DNA of 35,902 nucleotides from a bacterium (GTDB lineage Bacteria; Patescibacteriota; Minisyncoccia; UBA6257; Colwellbacteraceae): NCBI GenBank assembly GCA_043808035.1, contig JAZDFH010000014.1, positions 1 to 35,902 of the forward strand, read 5' to 3'. Shown piece by piece: positions 32,901 to 35,902 of this stretch (position 1 is its first letter; each line of letters starts with the position of its first letter). The notes under the pieces were generated by a model. It saw only the letters and a program-made list of their open reading frames with translations, ran no database searches and was not told where the DNA came from. The position numbers and the translations under genes were made by a program.

Positions 32901-35534
32901 ACTTTAACAGATTCCCATACTGAAGAGAATGATGCTTTACAGGAAGATTGTGTAACTGATGAAATATGTGAAGAAAGCGATATTTCTGAAACAGATGAGA
33001 TTATTGAATATACTGAAGAAATTTCTCCGGAGGAGATAGAAGATGACGAATCGAGTGTTGTTTTACAACCTGTTTCCGGATTGTCGGTAGTGTACAATGA
33101 TATGTCTCGTCTTTTGTCGATTGTATGGGATGTTCAAGAGCAGGAAGGCGTTGAGTATACTTTTGATTGTTTCAGAGACGATGATCTTTTTGATCATACT
33201 TCTTTCACACAAATCAAAAATTCTTATGGTTTTTATATAGACAAAGAAGATACAGGAGCGCTTTTTACTATTTCTTTGTACGTACAGGATAGTTTGGAAA
33301 ATACTTCAGGGGTAACGATGGCATCTCTTTTTGTGCCGGAGTTTATTGTCCAAGAATCGGACCATATTGTGATGAGTGAAATTTTGTTTGACGCGGAAGG
33401 GAGTGATGAAGGTAAAGAATTTGTCGAGTTATATAATCCGACTGAGCATGAGATAGATGTTTCTGGTTGGACACTTATTTATCGTAAAGAGGGGCAGGAG
33501 AAAACGCTGGCGTTTTTTGGAAGTAAAGAAGAAGATAGTGTGATAATTTTTCCGAAAAGTTTCTTCTTGGTTGGTTTGAATAATTATGATCAATCCTTTT
33601 TCGGCGGAAAATCAGCAGATATTTTGCGTAGCGCGTCATTGCCAAACGGAGATGACGTTACAACAATATATCTCTATGATGGGCAAGCTGCGCTAGTTGA
33701 TGATATTGTCTATAGTAGTGTTTCAATACATGTAGAGGGAGAGAGTATGGAGCGGTTTGCATGGTCAGAAAACGAAAAAGCATCTCCATTATTTGACGAA
33801 GAAGGTGAATTTTTGGGGAATGGATATGATAACAATGAGATGGATGATTTTATCGCTCGGTCGCCGCAACCTCAAAATTCGACGAGTTTACCTGAACCGA
33901 GAGTGTTCATTGGGATTGACGAGTGGAGTATAACGTATAATAAAAGTACGCTTTCACTTGGGTTTGATTTTCCTGAATATTCGTACGAAGTAGAATACGA
34001 ATTATATGATGAGAACGATGACATTATTTATGAAGGTAATGATCCGAATTTTTCCATAAGAATCTTCGGAGTGGGAAGGGATTATACTTTTTCTTTACAG
34101 ATGATCGATGTTGATGGTTTCTCTTCAAGTGTTTCTTCCAAAACCATACACGTGCCAAGTTTTATATCACAGTTTGCATGGTATCGGACACCTGCTGAGA
34201 GTAAATATGTAAGTGAAAGTAACGCGTTACTTGAATTTTCATTTGAGACATATCCATTTTTACCACAGGGATTGGTATATAACAGATATCCGCATGGAGG
34301 ACCGTATAATGAACCGAATAATAAATTGATAGCGTATTATTTAAATGACGAGGATATACCTGAAGTTGTTGGCGATATGCCGTATACTGCTCTTAATCAC
34401 GATACGCTGCAGATTAAATATAGGAACTGTTATGGTGATATGAGTTTCCGCCGCGCACTTGTGCTGTCCGATAGTGATATTTCGGGTTACCATGATTCAA
34501 GTTGTTTCTATAACGAACCATTGTCAGATAATTTATATTTTACTGAAGGAGATATGCATTTGACTTTTCCCGTTTCCAGATATGACGGTAGTGATGATTT
34601 TTCTGCGGGCGACCATATAACAATAGCGTATTATGAAATGGAATATCCTCCGTATGAGCAACTACCTGTTTCTTTTAAATTACTTGCTACGGAAAGAGGA
34701 GAGTATTTCTTTACGGAAGATGTACCGATACATGAAAAGCCGACTGCGCCGTCGGAGGTTAATTTTTCTTTTAATAAAGCCACGGCAATTTTAACAACGA
34801 GAGTTTCGGGATCGACTGATCATGATACGGAGGATGCGTATATCAGATATGAGATAAGTTATGATGGAATGGAATCATGGGATGAAGATAAACGGTTATC
34901 AAACAAATTCGAACAGATTATGAATTTGGAACAAACATATACGATTGCAATCCGTGCGATAGATGATTTTGGTTTACGATCAGATACTCTTTTTAAAGAA
35001 TTCGTTACGCCTTCAGTGGATCCTCCATTGACGATATCCAATATCCGTTGGGGGAGAATTGACGATACTCCGACGTTGTCATTTTCATATACCACGTATC
35101 CTTTTCAAAATCTAATCTTCGGTATGATGATCGCATACTTAAATAGCTTGCCGCAATTTCCACCGCCGCAGTTACTTTTTGATCTTGCTAAAAGTAATGG
35201 AACAAACAGATTATTATTAACACCTCCTCAATTATGTTATGGAGATACAAACTTGTCGTATGTTTCTTTCTCCGGGGGATATGAAGATAAAACAATGATA
35301 TGTGACAGTCGGCGATGGTTTCCTGGCTTTATGTATAACGTGTATCTTCCTCCGCTTGATATTCATGGTGGTGGGAACATATCGTTGCGAATACAAGGTA
35401 TAACGGGAAATGAGACATCGCTTGATTCACTCACGTCTGATGATTATATAACGCTTGGGTTTTATACGGTGGATGGATGGGGAAACATTTCGATTATAGG
35501 AAGCGATACTCACAAATATTATTTTGAACCGTAG
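29970..35534 (+). CDS. Giant (1854 aa) secreted protein: zinc phospholipase C / P1-nuclease-like domain, three lamin-tail domains (LTD), a long acidic linker, FN3-like modules and uncharacterised beta modules
   Basis: The signal peptide is MKRKIFFLFLIVFMCFGGAKSVFA|YDD. Metal-ligand motifs THPALT, STAEDEAPRW, NHFYDP and LHIVEDMAVPDHTRND appear in order. The LTD signatures are VVINEVAWMG..SSDEWIEIANVSGAPVDVSGWQL, IHITEIMYDVVGSDEGKEWIEIYNAGSGSV and IVMSEILFDAEGSDEGKEFVELYNPTEHEIDVSGWTL. ATG 29970 is preferred over TTG 29961. Confidence 0.85.
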   Translation: MKRKIFFLFLIVFMCFGGAKSVFAYDDATTHPALTDVIVDMYNLLYPGDAFTAAEKEWIIQGSTAEDEAPRWINHFYDPISGEGWTAEHAGDLDTVTMERLSKVVISFRDALPAKDWVHNEVAQKGYSRYGGNHTWESAIRSSANGDIQNAYTSLGYVLHIVEDMAVPDHTRNDSHGDTIATRGDASPYEEYAKKWTRETIRSNQGIATMLKNNVQPQQLLSLDAHIYTLADYSNKNFVSKDTISNEKYSLPDLSRVSCENEICFHISENGLKVPLFKKIIVRLDEWNIEDKFILENKNSYHLIFDSYFDRLSEQAVLHGVDVLRLFKQKTKEELENREYPQYIEVYDFSFLPAPLSSNDPIPLVAPAGEKEDFENKFPKTAGYIKSVYETLAATAGKVLSTTQETWQFITSSNETAQERLRSVIDVRQDVSDVQSNLAVISAGLDDKGQEMPLPSEQTVAPDVKQQQTTEQQPVIIQPSQKDTNVQYQNTDVSDVTGKDDSVISQPIESQKQVIPVPPPVNIPQQCSFDVIGKTFSWEVVINEVAWMGTQNSSSDEWIEIANVSGAPVDVSGWQLVDTKEQIHIVFPSAKILAPGDFLLLERTDDTTVPNVAADIIYTGALSNSNEGLRLFDSNCKMMDEALASPTWPAGSSSEKRTMERTGRGFYGIQQWHSSSVIGGTPRQANSEPYRPTSTGGGESNVTHYVVVSDTTETKTDTNSLSLSDTTSVPSVSSDIQVNDVIPDIHITEIMYDVVGSDEGKEWIEIYNAGSGSVFLDTLNLYENETNHRLVCENACSLPVGSYAVIVFDKDTFLAEYPDYSGVIARSSFSLSNSGEPLALVYKEGHIFDVTYSPNQGVKGNDLSLQEIGGVWVESVPTPGRENVFVEVTVGNENEQNRDSNDTLSEQKDESSDVTDTESTQDNQITESVGDDEENSHGLVDEQQEAESSIDLTIDTTVEETTIVGDNEDQHEVLEGDTLTDSHTEENDALQEDCVTDEICEESDISETDEIIEYTEEISPEEIEDDESSVVLQPVSGLSVVYNDMSRLLSIVWDVQEQEGVEYTFDCFRDDDLFDHTSFTQIKNSYGFYIDKEDTGALFTISLYVQDSLENTSGVTMASLFVPEFIVQESDHIVMSEILFDAEGSDEGKEFVELYNPTEHEIDVSGWTLIYRKEGQEKTLAFFGSKEEDSVIIFPKSFFLVGLNNYDQSFFGGKSADILRSASLPNGDDVTTIYLYDGQAALVDDIVYSSVSIHVEGESMERFAWSENEKASPLFDEEGEFLGNGYDNNEMDDFIARSPQPQNSTSLPEPRVFIGIDEWSITYNKSTLSLGFDFPEYSYEVEYELYDENDDIIYEGNDPNFSIRIFGVGRDYTFSLQMIDVDGFSSSVSSKTIHVPSFISQFAWYRTPAESKYVSESNALLEFSFETYPFLPQGLVYNRYPHGGPYNEPNNKLIAYYLNDEDIPEVVGDMPYTALNHDTLQIKYRNCYGDMSFRRALVLSDSDISGYHDSSCFYNEPLSDNLYFTEGDMHLTFPVSRYDGSDDFSAGDHITIAYYEMEYPPYEQLPVSFKLLATERGEYFFTEDVPIHEKPTAPSEVNFSFNKATAILTTRVSGSTDHDTEDAYIRYEISYDGMESWDEDKRLSNKFEQIMNLEQTYTIAIRAIDDFGLRSDTLFKEFVTPSVDPPLTISNIRWGRIDDTPTLSFSYTTYPFQNLIFGMMIAYLNSLPQFPPPQLLFDLAKSNGTNRLLLTPPQLCYGDTNLSYVSFSGGYEDKTMICDSRRWFPGFMYNVYLPPLDIHGGGNISLRIQGITGNETSLDSLTSDDYITLGFYTVDGWGNISIIGSDTHKYYFEP
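30039..30950 (+). other. Zinc-dependent phospholipase C / S1-P1 nuclease superfamily-like domain of the giant protein
   Basis: HF[YW]DP-type motif (NHFYDP) and HxxxDxxxPxHxxN motif (HIVEDMAVPDHTRN), preceded by an N-terminal His (THPAL) and an acidic ligand (AED). Confidence 0.7.
31581..32030 (+). other. Lamin-tail domain 1
   Basis: WEVVINEVAWMGTQNSSSDEWIEIANVSGAPVDVSGWQLVD...LAPGDFLLLER...LSNSNEGLRLFD. Confidence 0.75.
32199..32615 (+). other. Lamin-tail domain 2
   Basis: IHITEIMYDVVGSDEGKEWIEIYNAGSGSVFLDTLNLYE...PVGSYAVIVFD...LSNSGEPLALVY. Confidence 0.75.
33360..33875 (+). other. Lamin-tail domain 3
   Basis: IVMSEILFDAEGSDEGKEFVELYNPTEHEIDVSGWTLIYRK...FPKSFFLVGLN...LPNGDDVTTIYLYD. Confidence 0.75.
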
Positions 35535-35690
35535 AACTTGTTCGAGATCTTATTGTAGAGATAAAGAAAACGCGTTTATCCGCTGAAATTTTATGATCGA
35601 TATAAGACATTGAACAGACCCCAAAAGAAGAAATCCGAAAGATGTCATAACTTATCCTTTATTATTGGGGGAATATGATTGTCATCGATT

Positions 35691-35726
35691 ACTATACTGA
35701 AAACGCGATCGCGTTTTCAGTATAGT
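35691..35726. repeat. 36-bp perfect palindrome, copy 3
   Basis: actatactgaaaacgcgatcgcgttttcagtatagt is identical to copy 1. It lies 157 nt after the stop of the giant gene. Confidence 0.95.
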
Positions 35727-35902
35727 GGGATTGTTAGTCTTTTTTTATAACAGATATCTTTATAATTAGGACTTACGCACATCCCACCACGCAATAAATA
35801 TGAGATAATGTATATATTACCAACGAAAATATTTCACATCTCATGCAGCGCACAAAATGTTCTTTAGAGCTCTACACAAAATTTTTGATTTCAAACCACA
35901 AT

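Noticed and set aside
12863-35534. Diversity-generating retroelement targeting one of the giant surface proteins
   Set aside because: There is no reverse transcriptase ORF, and I could spot no template/variable repeat pair with adenine-specific differences. The only long internal similarity (17.2-18.0 kb against 23.9-24.8 kb) is an ordinary diverged paralogous cassette.
28527-35726. The three identical palindromes as a CRISPR array or integron attC sites
   Set aside because: The spacings (about 0.7 kb and 6.4 kb) contain whole genes rather than 25-50 bp spacers. There are no cas genes, no integrase, and no GTTRRRY-type cassette boundaries. A 5.6-kb gene is not cassette-like.
1-35902. Alternative genetic code (UGA recoded, as in some candidate phyla)
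   Set aside because: ileS terminates at a UGA (4000-4002) exactly where IleRS homology ends, and all housekeeping ORFs are full-length under the standard code.

Overview
By eye this is an AT-rich bacterial chromosome fragment using the standard genetic code (UGA is used as a stop). It has the look of a small-genome CPR/Patescibacteria-type organism: compact housekeeping genes sit next to very large secreted envelope proteins, and SD sequences are weak or absent. That taxon call is an inference. The left third (1-12.5 kb) is housekeeping: a histidine-kinase 3' end, ileS, trpS, RNase J, tRNA-Leu(CAG), an orphan family-5 solute-binding protein, secG, a holin-like membrane protein, gpmI and a wHTH regulator. 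The middle (12.8-26.8 kb) is a cell-envelope island with three secreted proteins of 1117, 320 and about 2186 aa. All three carry the same coiled-coil plus PG_binding_1 anchor module, and they are followed by a small secreted protein and a Wzx-type flippase. The right third holds a glutaredoxin / Zn-ribbon / trxB redox cluster, a PaaX-like regulator, a small membrane-anchored protein and an 1854-aa secreted protein that combines a zinc phospholipase-C/P1-nuclease-like domain with three lamin-tail domains. Five things are most worth a second look. (1) A complete histidine-phosphatase domain is inserted inside IleRS. (2) The PLC-like/LTD giant exoprotein sits with its neighbouring regulator. (3) A 36-40 bp perfect palindrome occurs three times exactly, bracketing that regulator and the giant gene, with TGCCGAT direct repeats around the middle copy. 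(4) The coiled-coil + PG-binding anchor module is used N-terminally in one envelope protein and C-terminally in two. (5) A self-contained 37-codon membrane-peptide gene lies in an otherwise empty 0.87 kb AT-rich gap. I saw no rRNA, CRISPR array, transposase, integrase or reverse transcriptase.
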